A stretch of DNA of 62,959 nt from a bacterium (GCA_031441465.1 JANOEP010000029.1:1-62959), one strand, 5' to 3'; shown: positions 42,770 through 51,986, counted from the first letter of the stretch. Made by a program: numbers and translations. The notes: a model not told the origin generated them from the letters alone.

Positions 42770-43707
42770 CCGGAACCACCCAACGCCAGTTCCAAGGCGA
42801 AACGGTGCCAGTCGCCCAGGTCGTTGGTGGCCTGCTCGAAGGCGTACCCCAGGGTCAAGGGGCCGCGGGTGAAGCCGGCACCCCAGGTGTAGCCCTGGGA
42901 CTCGTAGTTGATCCGCGTGCCCAGGCGCAGGGCCAGGGCCGGCACCAGCCGGTATTCGCCGCCGACGTGCGCCTTCTCGTTGCCGTCGTTCGGGAACAGG
43001 ACGTCCGCGGCCAGCGTCAGCTTGCCCGAGAAGAAGTCCTGCTGGGGATCGTAGGCCAAGCCCAGCCTGCCGGCCTGCGGCAGGGCGAAGGGCTCCTCGT
43101 TGAGGTTGAGGTCGGGCCCGACGTTGGTGAGCGAAGCGCCGAACCACAAGCCGGGGACCTCGGCGCGATGCGCGATGAACAGGTCGTAGGCCAGCCCCGT
43201 GTCGCCGTACACGTCGATCTCGGTGTGCAGGAGCTTGACGCCGACGCCAACCGCGAAGACCTCGCCGATCATCCGCGCGTAATTGACGCCGAGCGCCACC
43301 TCGTACGGGCGGAACGTGCCCAGCGGCACGCCGACGCCGTCCTCCTCGTAGCGTTCGATCTCGTCGGCATAGAGGCCGGAGAAGATGAAGCCCAGCGTAC
43401 CGTACGGCGTGCGGTGGGCGACGACGGCCGTCTCCTTGTCGAACAGCCCCCACAGCCGCTGGTGCTGGAGCAGCAGGTCCGTGCCTTCCTGCGTGAAGGC
43501 GAGGCGCGCCGGGTTCCAGTACACGGCCGACGCCCCGTCGGCCGAAGCCACGCCGGCACCGCCCATGGCGGCCTCGCGCGCGCCCACGGGGTTGCGCAGG
43601 GACAGGAAGCCCGAGGTCCCCGGGGTTCCGGCGGCGGCGGCTCCCGCGAGCAGCAGGACGGCGAGGAGCGCGGCGTGCGCGCGGCGGCGCGGCGGAGCAG
43701 ACATCAT
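42763..43707 (-). CDS. PorV/PorQ-family outer-membrane beta-barrel
   Basis: Signal peptide then FLSL..PVGAREAAMGGA.VA.ADGASAVYWNPA; C-terminal LG..HRF. Confidence 0.9.
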   Translation of the reverse strand: MMSAPPRRRAHAALLAVLLLAGAAAAGTPGTSGFLSLRNPVGAREAAMGGAGVASADGASAVYWNPARLAFTQEGTDLLLQHQRLWGLFDKETAVVAHRTPYGTLGFIFSGLYADEIERYEEDGVGVPLGTFRPYEVALGVNYARMIGEVFAVGVGVKLLHTEIDVYGDTGLAYDLFIAHRAEVPGLWFGASLTNVGPDLNLNEEPFALPQAGRLGLAYDPQQDFFSGKLTLAADVLFPNDGNEKAHVGGEYRLVPALALRLGTRINYESQGYTWGAGFTRGPLTLGYAFEQATNDLGDWHRFALELALGGSGY

Positions 43708-43765
43708 GTCGATCCTTTCCGGCGCGACCGGCGCGCCCAGACCCGCGGACGGCGACCGCGGCGGC

Positions 43766-46700
43766 TCATCGTGAGACGGCCACCGGCACGACGCTCGTTT
43801 CGGAACGGCCGCTTCCCTCGGCGACCAGTCGGCAGACATACAGACCCGAAGCGAGTTGCGGCAGGTCCAGCCGGACCTCCACGGGTTCGCCCGCGCGGGC
43901 GGCGGTGCTGGCCGCGACCGCCACCACCTCCCCCTCCAGATTGTACAGGAAGACCCGGACACCGCAATCCCGCAAGACGTCGGCGCGCACGCGCAGCACC
44001 GTGCCCGTCAGCGGCGACGGGTAGCAGACGTGGCTGCCGGCGACGAACAGGCCCGTGCCCGTCGGACCGGCGGGGGGCGCCGGGAGCCACGACGAGCCGT
44101 CGGCGCTCCCGCCGTACATCGGCCAGACCGGCACGGCATCCGCGGTGCCGTGCAGGCTCCAGACCGCCAGGCGGGACACTGGCTCGCCGTCGAATCCTCC
44201 GTCCACCGCGACGCCCGCGATCCGCTCGAAGCTGCCGGCGGCGACCAGTTCGAGGCCCGGCGCAGCGTCGAGATCCAGCAGCAAGGGCGTGCCGGCTGCC
44301 GCGCCCGCCCCGGCCAGCGGCCAGCCGGGAATCAGGACGCCATCCTGGCCGTACAGGAACATGCGACCGTCGGCGAGTGTGAAGAGGTACTGCCGGGACG
44401 CGCCGACTTCGAATGCCAATGGCTGCGGTTCTGTCCCGGGGGCGGCGGCCACGGCGCCGGTTGCCGGCCGCTGAGGCCAGCCGACGCGGGGCGCACCCGT
44501 GCTGCCTGTACAGGCGAACGCGCCGTCGCGGGTGCCGTGAGCCAAGTCGGGTCCGAAGGGCGTCGCCACCGCCGCCCCCACCGGCCAGAACACGGGAGCC
44601 TGGAAATCCGGCAGGATCATGGCGCCGCCGTCCTTCGTCGCGACCGCCAGCGCGTACTCGCGATCCACAAAACCGACGAAGTCGGCGCCGACTTCGGGTA
44701 TCTGCCAGATCTGCGGCCTGATCGCGGCCGGCTCCGCCGGCAGGACGCGCACGGGATCGAACCCGCCACCGTCATGCCGGATCACCTGTTCCCACCGCTC
44801 GTCGACCTGGTTGTGCACCAGCAGGACGAGACTCGCCGCGTCGAGGTGCAGCACCGGCGGCGCCACCACGCGGCACTGTTCCTGCGGCAGATCGACGACG
44901 GCGCCACCCGGCCAGACCCGCAGCCGGCTGCGGGCGCCGTCCTCCCAGGTTTCGACAACGACGACATCGGCGGTTCCCACGACGGGTGGCCAATCGCAAC
45001 CCGTCAACGCCAGCGCGAGCCCGTAGCTGACGGGATCCGCATCGCCATCGACGGCTTCGGTGCCGTCCTCGCCGTTGAAGACGAACAGGCCGGTGGGCGC
45101 CGAGAGCACGATCTCCGGCCGGCCGTCGTCATCGACGTCCGCCACCAGCAGCGGTCCCGTCCAGGCGGCCGTCGTGCCGTCGGCGTTGCGTCCGACGGCG
45201 AGCAGGCCGGGCTCGAGGGTGGTCTCGTGGAAGTCCGACAGGTCGCTGCGGAAGGCCAGGACGCGGCCGCCGTCGGCGGCGGTCACGATCTCGAGCGTGC
45301 CGTCGGCGGGCCAGTCCAGATCGGCGGCGATCAGGTGCATGCCGCGCAGGTCGCGGCCCGGCAACTCGCGTACCGCCGCCGGTTCGGCGTCCCCGAGGGA
45401 CTCGCGCGAACAGCTGAACTCCAGCCAGGGCGCGTAGACGATCACGGCCGCTGTGTCGCCGGGCGCCACGTAGGCGGAATCCAGGACGACGTGGCTGAAG
45501 GCGTCCAGCACGATCCCGGTCGGCTGGCCGGCCGCGGTGACGGTCGCCGGCCGTGTGTCCGGCCCGAACCTCGCCGCACCCTCGCCGCGGAAGCTGTCGT
45601 GATCGCCGCCCAGGAACCAGGCGCTCGGCGTGCCGGAATCGAGATCCTGGATGCCGTCGGCCTCCTCGAGGTCCACGGACTTGTGGGCGGGGTCCGCGTT
45701 GTAGAGGTTGCCTTCGGCGCCCGCCGAGGCGCGAATCACCGACTCGTCGATGTGCCAGACGTAGAGCCCGCTGCCGGCGCCCTTGACGCCTGGTGCACGG
45801 GCCTGGTTCTCGCTCATGAAGAAATCGAACTCGCCGCCGTCGAGCCACTCCCGCTGGTCGGTCGCGGGATCGAACCAGCTCGTGGGCGTGCCGTCGAGGG
45901 AATCGGAATCGGCGTCGTAGAAATCGGGGACGCCGTTGCCATTCAGGTCGCCCGGAAACGAGAATTTACGGTTGCCGTCGGGATCCTGCCGGCGGTATTC
46001 GACCAGCCAATACTCCTGGGGCGCGATCTCCACGCGCGCCAGGGTTGAATCCGCGGCCGGATGCTCGGCGGGATACAGCCGCAGGACGCCGCTCGCGTCG
46101 GGGTCCACGCTGTACGGCTCGAGCCAGCCCATGAGCATCTTGTTGAACGCGCAGGGAAGCGCCGGGATGTAGCCCGCGGCCGTGAACAGCCCGTAACCCA
46201 TCAAGCAGAACTCGCCGACGCCTTGGCTGTCCGGTCGGCCGGCGGGCGTGAAGTCGCTCAGCGAGAGCATGCCCAGGCGTAATCCCACTTCGAAGCAGTA
46301 GACGCCGAGCGAGCCGAAATAGCCCAGGAAGCTCCCGATCGGATCCTGGAACTCGTTTTCCGGCAGGATGAGCACGTGGTCGATCAGGGCGAAGCCCCCG
46401 CCGGGCAGCTGATCGTCCGTGAGCAACCCCGGCTCCTGCAGGAGGCCCTCTTCGACGGCGAGCGCGAAGTCCTCGGGTCCCAGATAGCCGCTGTAGATCT
46501 GCTCGGGCGAATCGCCCAGGATGTCGGTCTCCTCGCCGGCGCCGGCGTGGACGATCACCACCGTGTCGTAGCGCGAGAAGTCGACGTCGGCATCCAGCGC
46601 CGCGACGGCGTCGCGCGCCAGCAACACCTTCTGCTCCCCCTCGTCGGGGTGGTTCCCGTACCAGGCCATGGGGGACGCCAGGTTGGCCACCTCGGGGTGG

Positions 46701-47221
46701 ACCCGGTAGCGGAACTCGAAGCGCTCGCCGCTGGCCACACGGAAATAGGACCGCACGTCGGCGAACTGATGAGCGAAATAAAGCGAGTCGTGGGCCGTGT
46801 AGTAGGGATCGCTCTGTCGTGGCAGCGGAAAGCCCTCCAGTTCATGCCCGTAGAAGAGGCTGTCGGCGAAGTCGCACATCAGGATCGCAGCCACCAAGCT
46901 GTCCGGGGCCGCCCGGCCGGCCAGGCGTGCGGCCTGCAGGGCCGGCGAGCCGTCGCGGGCCAGCCGCGCCACCTTGTCGCCGAGAAGTCGATCCACACCG
47001 GACCGGCCGGCCATCCGCGCCGCCGCGGCCTCGCGTGACGGAACGGCGGTGGGCAGGGGTCCTGCATCTGCTGCTCGAGCCGGCGACACCGACAAGCTGC
47101 CGGCCCCGACAAAGACGTGCCATGCCAGGCAACCGCACAGCAACGCCCGGGACACACGGCCCGAGGGGCCGGCGGTGGCGAGGCGGTCGGCGGCCTGGTT
47201 CATGTCGTTCGGCTTTCGCAT
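43766..47221 (-). CDS. Secreted M6 (immune inhibitor A)-like metallopeptidase-fold protein with FG-GAP repeats and T9SS-type CTD; zinc motif degenerate
   Basis: IVHAGAGEE, VGEFCLMGYG, KMLMGW, EYWLVEYR, SGLYVWHIDE, VDLEEADG; ADLD/ADVDDDG repeats; YPSP..LASGLY. Start set downstream of the promoter (47221 or 47203). Confidence 0.88.
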   Translation of the reverse strand: MRKPNDMNQAADRLATAGPSGRVSRALLCGCLAWHVFVGAGSLSVSPARAADAGPLPTAVPSREAAAARMAGRSGVDRLLGDKVARLARDGSPALQAARLAGRAAPDSLVAAILMCDFADSLFYGHELEGFPLPRQSDPYYTAHDSLYFAHQFADVRSYFRVASGERFEFRYRVHPEVANLASPMAWYGNHPDEGEQKVLLARDAVAALDADVDFSRYDTVVIVHAGAGEETDILGDSPEQIYSGYLGPEDFALAVEEGLLQEPGLLTDDQLPGGGFALIDHVLILPENEFQDPIGSFLGYFGSLGVYCFEVGLRLGMLSLSDFTPAGRPDSQGVGEFCLMGYGLFTAAGYIPALPCAFNKMLMGWLEPYSVDPDASGVLRLYPAEHPAADSTLARVEIAPQEYWLVEYRRQDPDGNRKFSFPGDLNGNGVPDFYDADSDSLDGTPTSWFDPATDQREWLDGGEFDFFMSENQARAPGVKGAGSGLYVWHIDESVIRASAGAEGNLYNADPAHKSVDLEEADGIQDLDSGTPSAWFLGGDHDSFRGEGAARFGPDTRPATVTAAGQPTGIVLDAFSHVVLDSAYVAPGDTAAVIVYAPWLEFSCSRESLGDAEPAAVRELPGRDLRGMHLIAADLDWPADGTLEIVTAADGGRVLAFRSDLSDFHETTLEPGLLAVGRNADGTTAAWTGPLLVADVDDDGRPEIVLSAPTGLFVFNGEDGTEAVDGDADPVSYGLALALTGCDWPPVVGTADVVVVETWEDGARSRLRVWPGGAVVDLPQEQCRVVAPPVLHLDAASLVLLVHNQVDERWEQVIRHDGGGFDPVRVLPAEPAAIRPQIWQIPEVGADFVGFVDREYALAVATKDGGAMILPDFQAPVFWPVGAAVATPFGPDLAHGTRDGAFACTGSTGAPRVGWPQRPATGAVAAAPGTEPQPLAFEVGASRQYLFTLADGRMFLYGQDGVLIPGWPLAGAGAAAGTPLLLDLDAAPGLELVAAGSFERIAGVAVDGGFDGEPVSRLAVWSLHGTADAVPVWPMYGGSADGSSWLPAPPAGPTGTGLFVAGSHVCYPSPLTGTVLRVRADVLRDCGVRVFLYNLEGEVVAVAASTAARAGEPVEVRLDLPQLASGLYVCRLVAEGSGRSETSVVPVAVSR

Positions 47222-47263
47222 GCGGTTTCGCTCCGGGAGCCGGCATCGCCGGCGGAAACGACG

Positions 47264-47292
47264 AGTATAGGTGCGCGTCCCACGATCGTCAA
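47264..47292 (-). promoter_or_regulatory. sigma70-type promoter for the M6-like/PorV pair
   Basis: TTGACG-17 nt-TATACT. Confidence 0.7.
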
Positions 47293-47296
47293 CGAA

Positions 47297-47324
47297 CGGC
47301 CCCGCCGAAAACACGGCGGGGCCG
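47297..47324 (-). terminator. Terminator-like hairpin
   Basis: Perfect 11-bp stem CGGCCCCGCCG-6 nt-CGGCGGGGCCG; weak U tract (UUCGUU). Confidence 0.6.
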
Positions 47325-47510
47325 GGGATCGAACGCCGCCACCCCTGATTGGCATCGTCTTCACCCCTGCCCCGCCGTTCGACGTCGGTGATCATCGGCT
47401 GACCGGCTCGGCTTCCCGTTCCCCGACAGGTGCCAACCTCTTCAAGGATCAGGCCCTCGCCGGTCCGCCAACACGATGGGGGGATCAGATCACCTCCGAC
47501 ATCATGGGGC
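47325..47510 (-). ncRNA. Candidate structured RNA element in the 3' region of the DUF4384 gene
   Basis: Nested pairings GCCCC/GGGGC, GAUGUCGG/CCGACGUC, GUGAUC/GAUCAC, GACCGGC/GCCGGUC around an unpaired UCCCCCCAUCGU. Confidence 0.4.
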
Positions 47511-47511
47511 G

Positions 47512-49293
47512 TCAGCGCCCCTTGCTCCGAGACTTGCTCGATTGCCCGGACTGGCCCGACGATCCGCTGCGCGAGCCGTTGTCGCCGCCGCTCTGCTGCG
47601 TGCCAGACCGAGTGTCTTGGCTTTCGCGAGTGGAACGCGACTGCACGCTGCCCGAGTCGCGGGAACCCTCATTGCTCTTGCCCGCCGGGCGCTCCTTGAC
47701 CGCCGGTGGCGGCTCGGACCGGCCCCCGCTCGATCGCGGCGTGACGGCGGAGGCCGGCCTATCGGGTGCCTTGTGCTCCTCGCTGCGGCCGCCGCTCCAC
47801 AGGCGCGGTCCCTTCGTGCGGGGCTCGACCGGGCGAACCGTTCCCGGGCCGGAGTCGCCCTGATCGCGACGCGGCACCGGCCGGACCGCCCGGTCGCCGC
47901 TTTCGCCACCCTTGCCGCGCTCCGGAGGCGCCGGCCTGACTTCACCGGCCGTGCGGCCGCTCCGCCCGGCCTGGGGCCGCACTTGGGTGCCGGTCGTGCC
48001 GCCCGTCGACGCTCCTGGCCTGGTCACAGCTTCCCCGCGGCTGCCCGCCGTGACGCCGGAACGGCCCGGCACACGGATCCCGGGGGTGCGATCTTCACGA
48101 GTCGGAGGTGCGAAGGTCTGGGACGAGCGCTGCACCTGCGGGACGTCGCGGAATCGAGTCCGCTCCTGGTCCCGGTCGCCATCGCGCACCGCCGCCGAGC
48201 GGGAGGCCATCCGGTCGCTCACCTCGCGGGCGGGCCGCGGATTCTTCACCAGACCGGCAGGGTGATGCTGGCTGTCCTCGCCCTCGCCCCGCTTCATGCG
48301 CTGGTCCTTGCCGAGCGGCCGGTATCGGCGCTCGCCGTCCTTGTACCGCGTCCAGACGTCGCCCCGCCCGCGGGGGGAATAGTTCCAGACGTAGCAGTCG
48401 TGATCCCAGCCCCAGCCATGGTGCTCGGGCCACGAATACCAGGGACGGTACCAGTAGTTGATCCAGGGATTCGAGGTCCAGGGATCGACGTAGTAGTAGA
48501 CGGGGTAGTAGTAGGCCGGGTAGTAGCCGTAACGAACGTACCAGTCGTTGTCCCAGCGGTAATCGTGGTGGATGGTGACCGCGCAGGTGTCCCGGTACGG
48601 CTCGTAGCTCTGCCCGCCGTCGTGGCACTGGTTGCAGAGGTAACGCGGGTGGTCGACGCGCCGGTGGACGTACCAGCTGATGTAGTTCGTGGCGACATAG
48701 TCCTCGGGGTTCTCCAGGCCCGTGACGGCGAAATTCACCTCGTTCATCGCCAGGAAGGGGTCGCCGGCGACGTAGTACGCGAAGTCCCGCGCGCGCTCCG
48801 ACTCGTGATGGAAGTCGACTTCGAGATCGCGCAGATCGAACGGGTAGGCGGAGACGACAGCCTCGACGTACTCGACGCCTTCGTCGTCGGCCGCGAGGAT
48901 CCGCGGCGAACCCGGACCCGGCAGGTTGTAGGTATGGGTGCCGAACACGAAACCGTCGTCCAGTCGGCTCCGCGGCCAGAGAATCGAAACCAGGCCGTCG
49001 GTGTCGATACGGTAGACGACGACGTACGCGTCCTGGTTCGTCTCGAAGTGGACGCGCACCGACTCGCCGCGCTTGTAGACCTCGTCCTGCTGACGGTCGT
49101 GCCAGACGTTCACTCGCAGCGGTTGCTGGTCGTACCCCTGCCAGCCGTCGGCGACCGCCGGTTGCTGAGCGCGGGCCGTGGCGAAGCCGAGTGCGAGCGC
49201 CAACGCCCCGAGCAGCCAGCCGACCGCCAAACGATGGGCGCGGTCCTGTCGCGCCGCCGTCCGCACGCCCGTGTTCTTTGTCTTGTAAGTCAT
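47512..49293 (-). CDS. DUF4384-domain secreted protein with CxxCH motif, Tyr/Trp-rich segment and disordered basic tail
   Basis: Hydrophobic signal; VY.RGE.VRVHF..NQDAYVVVYRIDTDG.V.ILWP (DUF4384-like); CNQCH; R/G/S-rich tail. Confidence 0.8.
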   Translation of the reverse strand: MTYKTKNTGVRTAARQDRAHRLAVGWLLGALALALGFATARAQQPAVADGWQGYDQQPLRVNVWHDRQQDEVYKRGESVRVHFETNQDAYVVVYRIDTDGLVSILWPRSRLDDGFVFGTHTYNLPGPGSPRILAADDEGVEYVEAVVSAYPFDLRDLEVDFHHESERARDFAYYVAGDPFLAMNEVNFAVTGLENPEDYVATNYISWYVHRRVDHPRYLCNQCHDGGQSYEPYRDTCAVTIHHDYRWDNDWYVRYGYYPAYYYPVYYYVDPWTSNPWINYWYRPWYSWPEHHGWGWDHDCYVWNYSPRGRGDVWTRYKDGERRYRPLGKDQRMKRGEGEDSQHHPAGLVKNPRPAREVSDRMASRSAAVRDGDRDQERTRFRDVPQVQRSSQTFAPPTREDRTPGIRVPGRSGVTAGSRGEAVTRPGASTGGTTGTQVRPQAGRSGRTAGEVRPAPPERGKGGESGDRAVRPVPRRDQGDSGPGTVRPVEPRTKGPRLWSGGRSEEHKAPDRPASAVTPRSSGGRSEPPPAVKERPAGKSNEGSRDSGSVQSRSTRESQDTRSGTQQSGGDNGSRSGSSGQSGQSSKSRSKGR

Positions 49294-49321
49294 GACCGGA
49301 CCTCCTTTCGGGTCAGCGCCA

Positions 49322-50230
49322 CTAGAAACGGATCAGTTCGCTGCGGGGCGCACCGGTGACACGCTCGTCCGCGACGACCTTCAGTTCCGGATTTCCCTCG
49401 TCGAACTGGTAAGCCCAGTCGATCTCGACCATCCCCGCCGAGATCGCGTAGACGTAGAACTTCGCGTAATGGACGTCGTTCTCGGGATCCACGACGATCG
49501 CCACGGCGTAGGTATGGCCCTCGATCAATTCCGCGACGCCGATGGCGGAGTACCCGGACGTCGGGGCCTCGTCGACCGCGGCGAAGGCAACGGTCCCGAG
49601 ATCCTGCAGGTAGACGACGCCGAACCTCGCCGAGTAGACGAAGGGCACGCCCCCGACGAAGGCCAGGTAGACGTCGGCGGTCGGGTCGTCCCATTCCATC
49701 CGCCCGTTGTCCAAACGGCTGAAATCGAAGCCGCTGCGCTCGGGGTGATCCCCGTAACGGTCATAGAGCAGGAGTTCGTAGCCTTCGGGCCGCGGCGTGT
49801 CATCGACCGTCTCCCAACTCAAGGAGCTTTCGTTCCCGCTCGTGTCGTAGGAAAGCACCGCATAGTAATAGGTCTGCCCGTCCACGAGGTCTTCGTCGTC
49901 GAACCAGTGGAGTAGGCTGACCTCGTCGAAATTCTCGTCCCAGGCGACATCGCCCAACCAGTGGTAGCGGCCGTCCAGGGGGTCGTTCCCGTCATGCCGG
50001 TAGACGGCATAGCCGGCGAGATCGGACTGGTCCAGGTCGTTCCAGTAGACGGAGACGACACCCTCGCCGGTGACCGTGAAAACTCCGGTCGGAACCGCCG
50101 GGGCCTGAGTGTCGACCGGGTCGTCGTCGCAGCCCGGCAGAGGAACCAGGAGCGCCAGGACGAGAACTGTCGCGATGGCCTGCATCGCCACGTTCAAGTG
50201 ATGTCGATTCTCGGTAAGTATCCGGTTCAT
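49322..50230 (-). CDS. Lipoprotein with a fibronectin type III-like domain
   Basis: GGAGG RBS; LLVPLPGC lipobox-like; PAVPTG....GEG.VSVYW..DLAGYAVYR..YYYAV.SYD..GNES. Confidence 0.85.
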   Translation of the reverse strand: MNRILTENRHHLNVAMQAIATVLVLALLVPLPGCDDDPVDTQAPAVPTGVFTVTGEGVVSVYWNDLDQSDLAGYAVYRHDGNDPLDGRYHWLGDVAWDENFDEVSLLHWFDDEDLVDGQTYYYAVLSYDTSGNESSLSWETVDDTPRPEGYELLLYDRYGDHPERSGFDFSRLDNGRMEWDDPTADVYLAFVGGVPFVYSARFGVVYLQDLGTVAFAAVDEAPTSGYSAIGVAELIEGHTYAVAIVVDPENDVHYAKFYVYAISAGMVEIDWAYQFDEGNPELKVVADERVTGAPRSELIRF

Positions 50231-50280
50231 GGCCCCACCTCCCTCGAGCCGGCGTCACGCCGACCCGCAGGCTCTCCAAG

Positions 50281-50295
50281 GCAGGAGGCATGCCA
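50281..50295 (-). promoter_or_regulatory. sigma54 (-24/-12) promoter for the lipoprotein-DUF4384 operon
   Basis: TGGCATGCCTCCTGC (GG-N10-GC) ~50 nt upstream of ATG 50230, with an AT-rich tract just upstream. Confidence 0.7.
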
Positions 50296-50411
50296 CGCTA
50301 CTTCCCGACGGCCGATTCCGGCGTTTTGAAATGTATTTTACAATTAGGCATGCAGTTACAGAGACGAAAGAAGAATCTGGGCGAGGATGGGTTGCTGAGC
50401 GGGAGCGGCTT

Positions 50412-51640
50412 TAGTGTCCCCCGCAAAGTCCATAGCATCCCCAAAAGGAGACGGGTTCTGGCTGTGAAATTGTCCCTGGCGCGGTCGTTGCCGCGCCAGG
50501 GACATGACCACCAACACCCCCGGCTGGCAACCGCCCCACTGCCCCAACCCGGACTGCCAGTTCCACCAACAGGTTACCCCCGCCTGGCGCTTCAAACGCA
50601 AGGGCTACTTCTCCCGCCGCTGCACACCCACCCGTATCCAGCGGTTCACATGCCTCTACTGCGGACGCAACTTCAGCACACAGACCTTCTCCACCTCCTA
50701 CTGGCAGAAACGCCCCGAGTTGATGTCCCGGCTGTTCATGCTGCTGGTCGGCTCGATGTGCAACCGACAAGCGGCCAGAGCCGATCGGGTTGCCCCGGCA
50801 ACCATCCAGCACCAGGCCTCCCGCCTCGGACGTCATTGCCTGCTGTTCCACGCCAAGCAGATACAGCAGCTCGGCCCGACCCCCGAGGTCGTCGTCGACG
50901 GCTTCGAGACCTTCGAGTGGAGCCAGTACTTCCCCTTCCACCACAACCTGGCCGTCGACCCTGAGACCGGCTACTTCCTCTACCACACCGACAGCCCGCT
51001 GCGCCGCAAGGGGCGCATGACCGACCACCAGAAGCAGCGCCGAGCCGAACTGGAAGCGACCCTGGGCCGCCCGGACCCGAAGGCCGTCCGCAAGGGCATG
51101 GCGGAGCTGTTCGAGGTGGTGACCCAGGGTGCCGGCAAGGTGGTGGTCCGTAGCGATGATCACCCGGCGTACCCGCGAGCCATGGCACACCTGGAATGTG
51201 AGGTCGAGCACCGGATCACCTCGGGGAAGGAGCACCGCGACCAGCACAACTCGCTGTGGGAGGTGAACCTGCTGATCCGCCACGGCACAGCGGCGCACAG
51301 GCGCGAGACGATCGCCTAGGCGAAGCGGCGGCAGGCGTCGGCGGAGAAGCTGGCGGTGCTGCAGGTGTGGCGCAACAACATCAAGCGGCGGTGGGAGAAC
51401 GGGCATTCGGTGACGCCGGCGATGCTGCGGGGGGCGACAGGCCGGGTGTTGACGGTGCGGGACGTGTTGTGCGAGCGGCTGTTCCGCACGCGGATCGCAC
51501 TGCCGCCGAGCTGGAATCGGTACTACGAGCGCAGCGTGGAGACGACGGCGCTGGCGGTGAACCGGCGGCACCGGCTGAAGTACGCGTTCTGAGGAGACGG
51601 CAGAGGCGAGGCCGCCGGGCCGCGCACCCGTCAGGGACAA
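50412..51640 (+). mobile_element. IS1-family-like insertion sequence, ends approximate
   Basis: Contains the transposase gene; only short inverted ends visible (TGTCCC at ~50415, GGGACA at ~51634); no clear target-site duplication. Confidence 0.6.
50504..51592 (+). pseudogene. IS1-like DDE transposase with a premature TAG at 51317-51319
   Basis: Zinc finger CPNPDC..RFTCLYC; VVVDGFETF, VRSDD..AY, RRETIA; the same frame resumes after TAG (AKRRQ...LKYAF). Confidence 0.8.
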
Positions 51641-51649
51641 TCATGTGGC

Positions 51650-51975
51650 CAGAACCAAAGAGAAAAGAGCCAGCGGTCCTGGAGTAGACCGAGGATCCCG
51701 AGTCTCGCCTCTGCGGGATCTGCTGGCTCTTTCTCTGGTCTTTCGGAGTGGGCCGGGTGATCGGAGGGGACCTGAACCACGTTTTTCATCACCCGTTGTC
51801 CGGCTGGTTCGGAACCCCACATTCCTTGCCGACCACCACGGGCCTAGTCGTTGAAAAACACTCCCAGCTCGCCGGTAGGCGCTGAAAGCTGTGGATCCAG
51901 TTCCCCTTCCGAAGTTTCGGCTTCACTGACGGGTTGGTCCAGGTTCATCCCTGCAACTGGTCCCACCCACGTTCA
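51650..51975 (-). ncRNA. Candidate sigma54-dependent structured sRNA (~320 nt)
   Basis: Starts at the predicted +1 of the sigma54 promoter. Stems GUUUUUCA/UGAAAAAC and CCCGU/ACGGG (51780-51860). Ends in the long hairpin AGAGCCAGC..GCUGGCUCU plus UUUCUCUUU. No convincing ORF. Confidence 0.6.
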
Positions 51976-51986
51976 GTTCGATGATT

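Noticed and set aside
47318..47380. GTTCGATCCC as a tRNA T-arm, or the 47.3-47.5 kb element as 6S RNA
   Set aside because: No cloverleaf, anticodon arm or CCA; the bubble is one-sided and the domain is short for 6S.
51317..51319. In-frame TAG as pyrrolysine or programmed read-through
   Set aside because: No pyl genes are visible and other genes end at TAG normally; a nonsense mutation is simpler.
51780..51860. TTTTTCATCACCC and GTTGAAAAA as IS5/IS1182-type terminal repeats
   Set aside because: They face outward with no matching transposase and are better explained as arms of one RNA stem; not fully excluded.
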